From assembly GCA_030704615.1 (NCBI GenBank), contig CM060731.1, positions 61,070,001 through 61,134,000 of the forward strand: a stretch of 64,000 nt of DNA, written 5' to 3'. The stretch's first letter is position 1; every line of letters begins with the position of its first letter. The notes under the pieces were generated by a model. It was not told where the DNA came from. It did no database searches and was given only the letters and a program-made list of their open reading frames with translations. Made by a program: the position numbers and the translations under genes. Origin of the DNA: Takakia lepidozioides. Its lineage: Eukaryota; Plantae; Bryophyta. Of this stretch, positions 1-11,345 are shown in pieces.

Positions 1-92
1 TTGTGCAGACATATGTGCATTCTCATATATGCATTTTCAAACTTCAGACTCAAAGACCTTATGCTCAATAATGTGACGATAAATTCTGGCAG

Positions 93-2316
93 GCCGGAGC
101 GAAAAGCCAGACTTCGTTTTCCTGGCCCATGAAATTGGTTTGGATTCTGTGCTACACCTGCAAATGAGTGTTATCTCATTTCATACAGTGCCTTTCACAT
201 CGGACCGGTGGTTTGTTTGGCTTCTATGGCCCATCACCGTGCCTATCATGATCTTGATGTGGATCTTTGGGTCTGCATGCGTGGGATGCCAGTACCGACT
301 AAACCAATTTCAAGGCCAAACCTGGGTTATGCCTCGATTCGGTTTTCAGGTCAGTAACAATTTAAATTATGCATATGTCAAGTGCTTGGAAATGTAGATA
401 CTGTCTAGACATATGTTGTACATGGATACATGAACTCGTACCTCTGGTAATGTCGATTCAAGTTGAGTGCACATAAGCTGCTTCCTCTGTAGCAGATGAC
501 ACCATGGTCCTTTGAATCGTCGTGAACTTATTATGACATATAGCAGCAATCAATTTGAGAAATTTGTCAAAAGTTGCCCGGCTTGCCAACATGCATGATT
601 AGTCATCTGCAAACAAGTCTTGTGCAACAAGATCTGAATTTGTTGCCTCTCCTTGCCTTGAAAATGTGCAGTATTTTCTTCCCTCTGAGAAGCCACGCAT
701 CAACAAGATCATAGAACAAACAATGTTGGAAGCTGACGAAATGGGAGTCAAAGTTCTCACCCTTGGAGCACTCAATAAGGTTCGAACAACTTCTCCATCT
801 GCATGTCTTTCATGCCTCACACTAGGTCCCAAGGTGTCAAATGTAGAGCTTAAAGCGTAAACTCGGCATAGACTGTGATCCATTGTCTTGTATTATCTCA
901 GATCATAGTACATCATGTACAGCTACTTACAAACCAGTTTCTCTGCATGTACCCAGAACGAGGCGCTGAATGATGGAGGAACAAGGTTCATCAAGCGCCT
1001 TCCAAATCTAAGAGTTCGGATTTGCCACGGGAACACGCTGACAGCAGCCGTCATCCTCAATGGGCTACCCAAAGATGTGACCGAAATTTTTCTAACAGGA
1101 GCCACATCCAAGTTGGGCAGGGCCATTTCCCTCTATCTCTCCAGACGCAACGTGCGAGTTCTGGTATGTTCTCCAGTCTGATCATGCAGCTCACAGAGTG
1201 TTAGACAACGTCGCGGACATGGCCGCAACTTGAGGGATAACATTCTAAATCGTGACTGATTGTTTTGTGCATTCGAAACAGATTCCGAGTCCTGACCACA
1301 ATCCTACAATTGAATACTAAAACCGCTGATCCACTGTGACTCTGTATTCCCATTGACCAGATGTTGACAACATCGCACGAACGATTTAAGGCTGTTCTGG
1401 ACGAATGTCCACAAGAGTACAAACACAATCTTGTCCAGGTTACCTCGTATAAAGATGCCTGCAACTGCAAGGTAAGCCAGTAGTATTATGCTCACCAAAG
1501 TCTACAAAATTATACAGTTGAAAACTGCGCATGCAGGAAACTTCCATAACTTTCAGTTTCACACTCTATTTTGGACATTATGTCCATGTTGCATGGTTCC
1601 CATCATCTTGCCCGGCCTGCCTCACTGTTCATGGCTGGCCAGGCATAGATGTCGTGGAAGCAGCATTCCTTTGTTTACTAGCTGTTTCAACTCTTCGAGC
1701 TGGCTGCTACAAATCTCGGTAGAAGGATCAGATGTTTTCATGTAGTTCTTGATGCATAACCTTTCCGGACACTGATGGAAGTGTCGTGGTTCCTGTGCAG
1801 ACATGGGTAGTTGGAAAGTGGGCATCACCTAAAGATCAAAGCTGGGCTCCAGCAGGGACGAGATTCAACCAGTTTGTGGTACCCATCATACAGGAATCCC
1901 GTCAGGATTGCACCTATGGAGCTCTGGCGGCCATGAATCTTCCAAAGCATGTTAAGGAGCTTGACACCTGCGAGGTGAGTCTTGGATTTATCTTTTAGTT
2001 TGCACTGTTCTGAAAACAAGAAACTCACAAAAATATGAAAGTGCTCATATTGTTCTGGTGGTGAATGCAGATCAACCTGCCCAGAGGAGTAGTGCATGCA
2101 TGCCATGCAGGAGGCCTCGTGCATCTTCTGGAAGGGTGGACACACCATGAACTGGGTCCAATTCCTATCGACCGCATCGACATCGTCTGGAAAGCCGCCA
2201 TGAAACATGGGTTCTCTCCTCTGGAGAAAGTAGGCCTCCTTCAAGAATTCATCCAAGGCAATGTTCTGGACTCTGAGAAAAGTGAGCATCTATTATCACC
2301 TGCACCACTACTTTAG
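93..2316 (+). CDS. CER3: ECERIFERUM3/WAX2-like (CER1/CER3 family) wax biosynthesis protein, 3' six exons; the 5' part lies upstream of the window
   Basis: Exons 93-349, 672-779, 957-1163, 1361-1471, 1801-1974 and 2071-2316 are all GT-AG bounded and in frame. Spliced peptide includes PDFVFLAH...[11 protein letters not shown]|YFLP...[16 protein letters not shown]|NEALNDGG...[11 protein letters not shown]...[17 protein letters not shown]...|TWVVGKW...|[25 protein letters not shown], matching the CER3 C-terminal (WAX2_C) region from memory. Confidence 0.93.
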
Positions 2317-3475
2317 TAAGTGCATGGACAGCCAGGAAAGCAACACCTTCTGAAATGGTCAATTGATCAGAGTACAGTGACATTGAAGAACAGTCATTAC
2401 AGTGACCCTAATTCTTTCATGCGCGAGCTCTCAGTTTTGGGGGTCCCATCTTCCAGCCCTGCCATTACTGTACATAAGCTTGAGATGGGAGGAACCTACA
2501 TCACAGGGAGCATTTGCAGCCTAGGGTATGATATTCGTGGTGATTCAGCTATTTGCAAGTATTAAAGACCACGTGAAATCACTACAAACTCTAGTTGTAC
2601 CTTTGCTGGGACCTTAAGCATCCCAAAATAAAGGATTGCTCATCTCTACTTGCATTCAAACATGTTATCCTCGTCTCTCTACAAGTGGGTGCGAGTAGAA
2701 CTTGATGATGATGGAGCAACAGGGCATGGGATAGACTCAGTCAGGTTGGGTCTGTGGAGCCATAAGCACATGCACCACACCTCCAGTGGTGGTTATACAA
2801 CATACCGTGGTGGTGGTCTTTCGCCCATAAGCAATCCAGCATAAAATTGGAGCATAATGAACAGTTGCACAAGCCTCAAACTGACAACCTAAAGCCATGG
2901 AATTCTATCGATATGTTCAAGGTACAAACCGGCTGGAAATCAATGGGTTCCAATTGCTGAAGCCTGATTGTGTACGCTGGACTTATCTTATCCCTCAGTC
3001 CTTCCCAACCATGTCAGAACCCCGTTTGTGTCAATGGCGCAATTGTCGCATATGAAAACACTTGTACACGTACTGATCAAATAACAGATATTATTGATCT
3101 TGAAATGAAGATATACAGTAAGAATGACAGTCTAATACATGGTACACTCTCATGGACATCACCAGCATTTTCCTCTCTGCTGAAAGACATGTAGCCCTTT
3201 CCCTTCTTTGAAAGGGTGCAGGCTTGTGGCCACAATGCAATGAATCCCACCTCCGTTCTCCTTTCTTTCTCTTCTCAGCAAATTTCATAATCTATGTTCC
3301 AAAACTTGCTGACATTTCCAGCTGTCACTGCTGGGTGTAAAACCAACGAACAGCACTCTTTAAGCAACCCCAAGGACTGTCGTAATGGTGATGGCAGGGA
3401 ACCACAAGTATATCCCTCCATCTCTCTCTCACAGGCAGGCTTGGGTGACATCTCATAATCAGACAAACTGAACAT

Positions 3476-6400
3476 TCAGACGTTCTCAGCACTTCCCTCC
3501 ACAGGGTGGGTATCCCAGTTTTGATAAAGCAATGCAGCAGCAGCACGCGCAGAAAGAGAGGAGCTGTACTTCTTTCGTAGTGACACTAAAAGTGCATCAT
3601 GGGATTCCTGCACCACCAACAGCAGGTGACTGTCTTATTGAAGTAGTTCTGCTATAAGTATTGAGAAGCAAGAAGAAAGACCAGTACAAATATCTCTCAT
3701 AGTGGCCTCTCTTGAGTCTCCATGGCCACGCATCCTGATAAGGAGATGGGAAACGTTAAGAGAAACCAGCAGTCAACCCAAGGTCTCTTGCGGTCACCAG
3801 TCATTATTAGTAGCTCATGGGTTCTTCCATATGCAATGAAGACCACATACTATACCACCCTGTGGGAAGCAGGTAAGAAAAGCTACTGCCCTCAGGTGAT
3901 AACTGATAACTGAAACTCCAACATCTCCTTGTTTGCAGATACCATGTTCATTTACCTCTGTTGGCATTTCCATTTTACCCCTAGGCAGGAGATGGGTACT
4001 CTAAAGGTAGGAATCCCTCAGTTCTGAGTATGCCATTCTGTGTGAATCAGACTTTGTTGTGGGCTCCAGAAAGAAGGTTTCAAGAGCAGGATTGGGCTAG
4101 CGCGCCAGAGCCACCTCCCAGAGAAGATTGAAGCATGTGTGGCAGGAAGTCTCCATATTTTAGGAAGAACAAATAGAGAGTCTGAACGTTCAATTAAGGG
4201 AAATTATTAAGCATACAGGTCATGGACGCTTATCACCTTCAACACCCGAACCTCTTCCTCCAATGCAACTGCTGCTTCTTTCTGAAAGAGCCACACACCA
4301 CAAATCCAAATGAGTTGTCTAAATACTGGACCATCTTTCTTCTCAGGAATACTCAAACGGCTCTCTCTCTCTCTGTCTCTCTCTCGCTCTAGCCTCATCG
4401 TGATGGTGGCTACATTCTTGGTAACACTCAAGAATTGCCTAATCCCGTTATTCTGTTCGGAATTTTTTGCCTAGAATAGAACAGGAAACGGGTTACCGTT
4501 TCCCTAAACCGACAGCAGTCACCCTATATGGTCAGAAGAGAGGCTGCCCTATGTCTCTAGAGGCCTGGCTCTTCTCTTTCCATTTGGAAGAGAAGTGGGC
4601 AAGAGCTGAAGGAGCAGTCACCCTAGTGCTGAATTAAGGCTGCAAGAAAGGTACTCACCCAGGCTAGATGTGCCCTTGATTTCATTAGTTGGCTCTAGCA
4701 ACACTTCCCTTTGGGAATGGGTTCTCACTGTTGCTAACCTTGTGATAACTACCACCCTCCCATGTGCTAGTATGCTGTCTTTTCCTTATGTTTTGCAATC
4801 CATGAATGTCCCCTAACTTAAGTCTATCCAGAATTTTCACCTAGAACAGAACAAAAGAACTGAAAAACGGGGTGCATGCTGCCGAAACCCTTTCCCTGCT
4901 TGCAGATACCTGCGGTCCGTCGTAAAACGTACAAAGATCAACAACTGCTGCACCAAAGCTCTAATTACCCGAGCCAAATGCTCCATGTACCGCTCATCAG
5001 TCAGGCTAACGAGATGCCGAGTAGGTGTCAGCGGCTCAATCACTAGATGCATATATGAGGGCCGACAATCTCAATCAAAACAATTGGGCAGCAGACTGGC
5101 CCACTGCGCACGTCGTATCATGTACTCTGCAAAGTACATGTGGGTTTCCCAAAGTTTTAACCGACAGCAGCTGCCCTATACAGTTAAAAACCCTGGCTGC
5201 TCTTCTCACGTGGAAGAGGAGCAGGTGAGAGCTGAAGGAGCAGTCATCTTGCTGCTGAACTACGGCTACAAGCAAGGTACTCGAACAGGCTGTTCAGTAT
5301 GGCAACACAAAGAGAGTGGACACTATGTACTTACTTGACCAGCTCTACTTTGAATCTATGAATACTTTTGTAAACCAAGGGCCTCTACACCTTTGGGGAA
5401 TGGGTGCTTACTGTCATGAGACCACCACCCCCTCCCGCTGGATATCTGAGATGGCTGAACGGACCCTCCCTTACTTCTCCTCTCTTTGCTAGTATGACCT
5501 GCTGCAGGGATGGTATTGATAACAATTTAAGCCTGGGGCTCTGTAGGCATCAATAACCAGTTGGTTGTTGATTGGCTGTGATGGATCCAGTCCTCTTTGT
5601 TGCAGGAAATGCTACTAAGGGGAAAAGCCTAAGGGAGTGAGGCTTTGAGCTCTCTCAAACCTCAAATCTGTTTGTATGTGTTAGGTTTGAACACATACAC
5701 TCTCTGTTCTTCTCTGAATGGATTGAAGGAAATCTGTTTGTGAGAAGGGCTTACCTAGTGTGCATTTGATTGCCACTAAGAACACTAAAAACTGGTTTTC
5801 CAGCAAAGATATGTGAAGGGAGATATGGAGGCAGATCTGGGAAGAGGCAGTTTGATGGTGCATAAATAAGGCTGTCTGATGTCATTAAAAACAGGAATTG
5901 TATACATTTGACATGCTATGACATAGTGGAATTAGGCTTTGTTTCTTCCACTATCTGCTGTTTGCATAGATGGTCTGTGGAGACAGCGAGGACATACAGC
6001 TGCCGCTTTCCAAACAGGCTTGGTTTTCAATTCTGGCAAGTGAGCTGCTGCCTTTGCACTAGATGAACAAGGGAGAAATAGAAGAAGAATGGCTACTGTC
6101 AGATCTTCTACCAAGAAGGGACTGTCAGGTATCTTCCACTGTCATCCTGAGGTAACGGTGATGGTGGCTTCAGACATGTTGAAAAGTTCGCAGCCCCTTC
6201 CTACACAGACACTTCAGGTGTTTTCTCACAGCCATCCGATCCGAACATCCATCATCACCAACAAGCAACAACTAGAAAATAATCGACCCTCAAGCTAGCA
6301 CCTTATAACACACACCCACCAAGAAAGTCTATATGGCCCACCCCCAAAAGGGGTCAGTAGCCGCAAGATGAAGTGACTCTTCAGTAACGCCGGCTTTGGC

Positions 6401-9400
6401 CGGAGTCTTTTCTCTCTCTTGTTGTCTAATTTTTCATCTAGTCTGGAATAGACAGATCCTTTCTTGTCAGGATAAGCACAAACTCTTAGAGACTCCCAAC
6501 TTTACCTATAGCCTTCAGATTTGAGAACCAGAAGTTGTTTGGGTCCCGTTGAGATCCTTTTGATTTGAGTTTAGGTTGTTTTACTTTGTCCCATGGGCAC
6601 TAAAGACGCCCTCTATTTGTTTAAACGTTTCTTATTTTCTATCTGCTACGTTTGCCCTTGACATGGCCCAAGACTATGGCAACCAGGTTTTTATGAGATA
6701 CTCTCTGTTCTATCTCTCTCACCCCACCCTGTCAAAACAAGTGCACTAGATAAACCTCCTAAACGCAGCTGAAAGCAATGGAAGAAGGGCAGGGCAGTTG
6801 CCTGGCGACTCATTTTGACTCGCAACTCCAGGCTGCGCTGACGCTCCTCAGCAAGAGCGTGCATGGCTGCCTGCCTGTTCAGTTCTGCAGCCTGCACTGC
6901 CTTGCGTAACTCCTCCACCTGCTCTCTCAAATCAACCTGCTCTCCCAACAACCACCAGTGCACATGTTAACTATGCCTGTACCTGCAGCAGTGACAAAGC
7001 AGGTTGACTTAACTACCCAGATCAAGTCAGTCTACATAATGTACTAACCAACCATTTGCTATTAATTCTCTGCTGACCTCATCCTTGCCTTGCCAATCAC
7101 CTCCAACAATCCTGGAGCTTCTGTCTGGCAACGAAGCTTTAGACTCTGGCCATCCCTGTCTGAGACCTCCCCTGCCAAGACCCTTGGCCTCTGCTTGTTT
7201 TGAGATCCCTGGCATAGCCTTACGAACAGCGGGCTTTTGTTGGAGTGAAGGTTGTTTGAGCTCCCTGGGAGTACCTAGACCTGAAAAAGGATTACCCATC
7301 TGAGCTGGGATTTCATCTCGCACAGACTTATCATGACCAGCTGGAGGCAGCGCAGTTCTATTGCCTGCCAGCTGAGATAAATCCAAATTGTCAACTGTTC
7401 CAACTTCTGATGGATATTGCACCTCTTCTTGAGGGCCAGCAACATGCAATTTCCTTGGGTCAGAACCCTGCTCTGCTAGGACAGGAATGAAGGGCTCTTT
7501 TGCCTTGAAAGGCTCATGGGAAGTAGACTGAATTGCAACACGTTGACCAAGAGGACCATTCCTGAAGGGTGATCTTTTCTTTCGAGGAGAATTGCCAAGA
7601 ATCACCTCCCCTTCATGGATGACCAAGCGGTCTGTCCGACCAAAAGCATCACTTGGAGTGGGTATTGACATTGCATTAAACCGGTAACCACCTGGGAATA
7701 TGAGCTCCTCTTCTCTGGCAAGAGGGTGATCTAGACCTGGGAAGTTATCCAGATGTTTTCTAGTCCTCGTACGGGCTCCTCCTTTCAAATCATCACGCCA
7801 GTGCGCCTTCAACATTCGCCTTCTCACAGCTTCTCCATGTTGTCCTTGAACCATCCCAACAACAGAATAACCAAGCCTGAAAAGAACAAAGAGCACCGCA
7901 AATACTAGGCCCACCAGGCCAGCAGTTTGTGGGACATGCTTCCAGTAAGGTGCAGAGGATACAGATGAGAGAAGTTCTGCAACAACCAGCCAAACAAGTA
8001 GCAATACCCATTATGGACTGTCACCTCATTTTCTTTCACTACCAAACAAGTGGCCAGAGGTTACCATCAAATCATACAATGGATGGGTGGGGTAAGAGAG
8101 GAAGAAAGGAATGTCAGATGTGCCATAAATGAGGCAAGATGCAGATATTACAGAAGATACCAGGTCAACTTCCACTGCACACTCCAAGTAAACTAGATGG
8201 CCACAGATCCTGACTGTGGACCTTATCCATTCTGTTGTCAGGTAGCTGTGTGAAATACAAGAGACATGCAGCTCTTGGATTTTTTATATCTCATGCTCAA
8301 AACTCTATACCTGTTGCTGACAGAAAGATGTCCAATAGTGTTGTTGGCTTGACAAGAATGCTAAGTATATGGTGTTCTTGCTGTCTTTGGTATGCATAAC
8401 ACATCAAAGTGATATTTTTCCAATTCAGGCTAACACAGATATGGTGCACTCATGTTGTTGGGCTTAATACGAATGCTAGTATGTGGTCCATACAAGCCTC
8501 TGCAAATTGATTTTGTCCTATCCTTTTGCAATATTTCAGAATGTACTCATAAGAAGTTGTTTCCATAGGCAATATTTCAGAGAAAGAAAAGAACCATGGA
8601 CACCCGTGAGATTAAAGGAGTCAGGTACATCCACTCGAGCACGTATGTCCCTAACTGCATTTTTGCCTCGAAACAGCAAACTGTTCACTGAAGAGACCAT
8701 GTTTTGTCCGTTTCTTTGCACTCTTGTTCCACTTTCCTGTGCAGCAAGTAAAGACAAGTTAGAACCTGCCTTCCTGCCATTGTCTCCTGATGACAATGAC
8801 AATCCACCACACATAAGAACAAAATGACACTGGACACCAACAGATAAGGTCACGTAGGCAAGTTCATGGGAGGATAGGTGGAAGAGCATTGCACCGTTAA
8901 CCCTTTCTATATTCTAACAGAGTGGCCCACAAAGCAGTCTACTCACTGAGAGATCACAAGTGTCTGCACAAAGATGCTTCCATAATGCTTGTCGAGAAAG
9001 GGCGCCCCAGACACCATCGTCAGGTACTCCATGTGCAATCTGAAACTGCTGTAAGGCCTTCTTCGTCTCTGGTCCAAAAGATCTGCCAAAAAGACCAACA
9101 ATCTTGAACTCTCAAAACATCTCTGCAAAATAATTCCTACAATACAATCAGCTTCTCACATTGCTTCATCAGCTTGCACTTCCAGTTTTAACAGGGCCTG
9201 ATTGACTTCCCTTCCAGATTTCACAGGTTTCATAACCGTGCATTTCCAGTTTTAACAGGGCTTGATTGAGTTCCATTCCACATGGCTTCTGATCAGTTTT
9301 CAGTGTTGATCAACTTTCATTTCCTATTTTACAGTTTGAAGTGTGCTTGATTAGCACTAATCTCGGGTCTTAGCAGGTCCAGTTTGAACAGAGCTAGGTC

Positions 9401-11345
9401 AGCTTCCATTTCAGATTTTACACTTTTTAGAGCACTTGATTAGCTATAATCTCGAGCCTTCCCAGGTCTTGACCAAACATTCACTTCAGGTTTTCACAGG
9501 GCTTGTGACCAGCTTGCATGTCCAGCATGGACAGGACATTATCAACTTCCAGTTCAGATTCTCACAGGGCTTGTGATCAGCTTCTGTTCCTGTTGTAGCA
9601 GGTCTTAATGTCAGATATCACAGGGCTTCGCTCCAAGAGACTTAGAGAACACTTTATATCTTTTGAATGCATCAAACCTCACAATAAACTGAGTCCAGCC
9701 GCTTACGCTGTTAAAGAGGTGTGCTCAGGAAGATGGCCAAACCAGTAGAGAGCTCTCTGTATCACATAAGAGAAAATATCAAATTGAATCAAACTGCAAT
9801 GTATATCAAGTTGAATCAGTGATGTCAAAAGATACATTGCTAGTCTACAAAGAGTACCTCCTGTCAGCTCAACAGAACAATTCGCAGCCTCCTGGTGCAC
9901 AATATAATAATAGGAGAACAAACCAAGGCAACTTTACAAGTTTATGCATATAGTGCTGTATTACTTCCTTACAGTCAATGCTACTGCTGGTGAGGACATT
10001 GAGGTAGAAAGTGAAAAGACTAGTCATCTTTGTCCTTCAATGTGCTCACGACTTCCCCTAATGTACTGTTGCATGTGTCATCAGGCTGATTCAAATCTCC
10101 ACCTAATTAGTTTGAGTTTCTTCAAAAACAGCCTCCCACCTCTTCCGTGGTCTGGCATACCTTGAGTTAAACATTAGCGCCTCAGTATATAAGGACAAGA
10201 TTTGACCTGCAAAAAGTAAGATGATCTATGGATGATTGGAGTGCCCCCCTAATCTTTTCTCCTGTAGTTGATACAAAGTTTTTCTCCTTTCAAGACCATT
10301 CAAAACATTGCTGGCATGCATTACTACATGTTCTGTGAGGACATTCTTTGTATAAATCCATGGTACTAAATTGAAGACCAAGGGTAGCGCCAGTTTTAAT
10401 TGGATAAACTCCACTATCAACTTTTCTATATTCGCTCAGTAGCACACTTCATTTCCCATTGGAACACTTTTGGCTGTAAGGCAGGCTCAGGCATCTACAT
10501 CATGACAGAGCAATATTGGTTATAGATATATTGGAGTGCAGTAAAAGTTCGCAACCAACCTGCAGATTTAAAACTTGAGGTCCAGAGTCGCCCTCCCATA
10601 AGTCTCCAGAAAATCTCAATTCATGTATCTTTATGAGCTCAGACCTTGGGATTTGATCCTGAAACTGCCTGTCGTCTTGTAGCTTCCTCTCAGACCATAT
10701 CACCTCATCAGTTTCTCCGCATAGGGGTTCTCCAGTAACCTTGGAATGTGGCGAAGGATGTCTTGACATCTCCATACGACAACTCTGCGTTTCCTCCCTG
10801 TTATCATTTCTTCTCCCAAACTTTCTCTTTGCTGCACGGTCAGTGAGTGAACCTGCACTGCCTCTCTGTCCTTCCCTTGACAACTGAGATTCTCCAGCTT
10901 TGCCTTCGCCAAGATTCCGAATCCGAATCCAGTCCTCTTGCCTGTACGGTCGTGCTTCACCCCTCTTTTCCGCTTTCCTTCCCAAGCTTGCCAGAGCAAT
11001 CCTTGTGGCCAGGGGGGGCCATGGCTGTTCTTTTTCCAAGCTGAACACCTTGTCATAAGCACAGATTGCGCTTCCTCGAAACCCTCTCCTCGATGATCTC
11101 CGTAACGCGTTTGGAAAGCTTCCCCTACTTGCAAATCTAGAGATCTGAGCTCCCTTCTCCTCTTGCGAAATATGCCTCCAGCCAGACGTTCTATTCAGAG
11201 TTCCGTAAGGAGACCAATCCAGCTCTCTGTAGCGCCTCTTAACAGGCAACTCTGAAAACCAAGCATCATCATGGAAAGAGGTGTACTGGGGTGGGACGTG
11301 ACTGTCAGTTTTAAGGAACTTAAAGCAGCTTCCCTCAGTTAACAT
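3476..11345 (-). CDS. 771-aa protein: basic N-terminus, PG_binding_1-like peptidoglycan-binding domain, single TM helix, low-complexity linker, C-terminal coiled coil
   Basis: Eight exons: 11345-10560, 9756-9707, 9082-8947, 8736-8604, 7976-7078, 6936-6802 (GC donor), 4281-4237, 3607-3476. Total 2316 nt, phases consistent, ATG to TGA. Exons 1-3 join to GDLWEGDSGPQVLNLQ|RALYWFGHLPEHTSLTA|SFGPETKKALQQFQIAHGVPDDGVWGALSRQAL. TM segment AGLVGLVFAVLFVLFRLGYSVVGMV. Exons 6-8 join to VDLREQVEELRKAVQAAELNRQAAMHALAEERQRSLELRVKMSRQ|KEAAVALEEEVRVLK|ESHDALLVSLRKKY. Confidence 0.85.
4361..4850. repeat. Dispersed intronic repeat starting at a (CT)n tract; related copies at ~5140-5500 and ~41473-42205
   Basis: Shared blocks gatggtggcta..ttggtaacac..caagaattgcctaatccc, gctgaaggagcagtc, ctaccaccctccca..ctagtatgctgtctt and ttgcaatccatgaatgtc. 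Confidence 0.75.
9170..9630. repeat. Degenerate minisatellite (about 30-nt unit) in intron 2 of the PG-binding gene
   Basis: Recurrent ttccagttttaacagggc(c/t)tga and cagatt(t/c)tcacagggcttgtga units. Confidence 0.6.

Noticed and set aside
3730-3760. Hammerhead ribozyme-like ctgataag...gaaacgt (also ctgaagag on the minus strand at ~6380)
   Set aside because: The CUGANGA core or the downstream GAAA is missing, and no convincing stems form.
7027-8004. Standalone 325-aa secreted or two-TM protein from the ORF track
   Set aside because: Its TTG start and first hydrophobic residues are the intron acceptor region; it is exon 5 of the larger gene.
8947-10620. Bacterial contamination or recent horizontal transfer as the source of the PG-binding domain
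   Set aside because: The domain is split by two spliceosomal introns and lies between ordinary plant genes.
10500-11345. Standalone 281-aa ORF
   Set aside because: It is exon 1 of the PG-binding gene; the donor at 10559 joins in frame to complete the domain.
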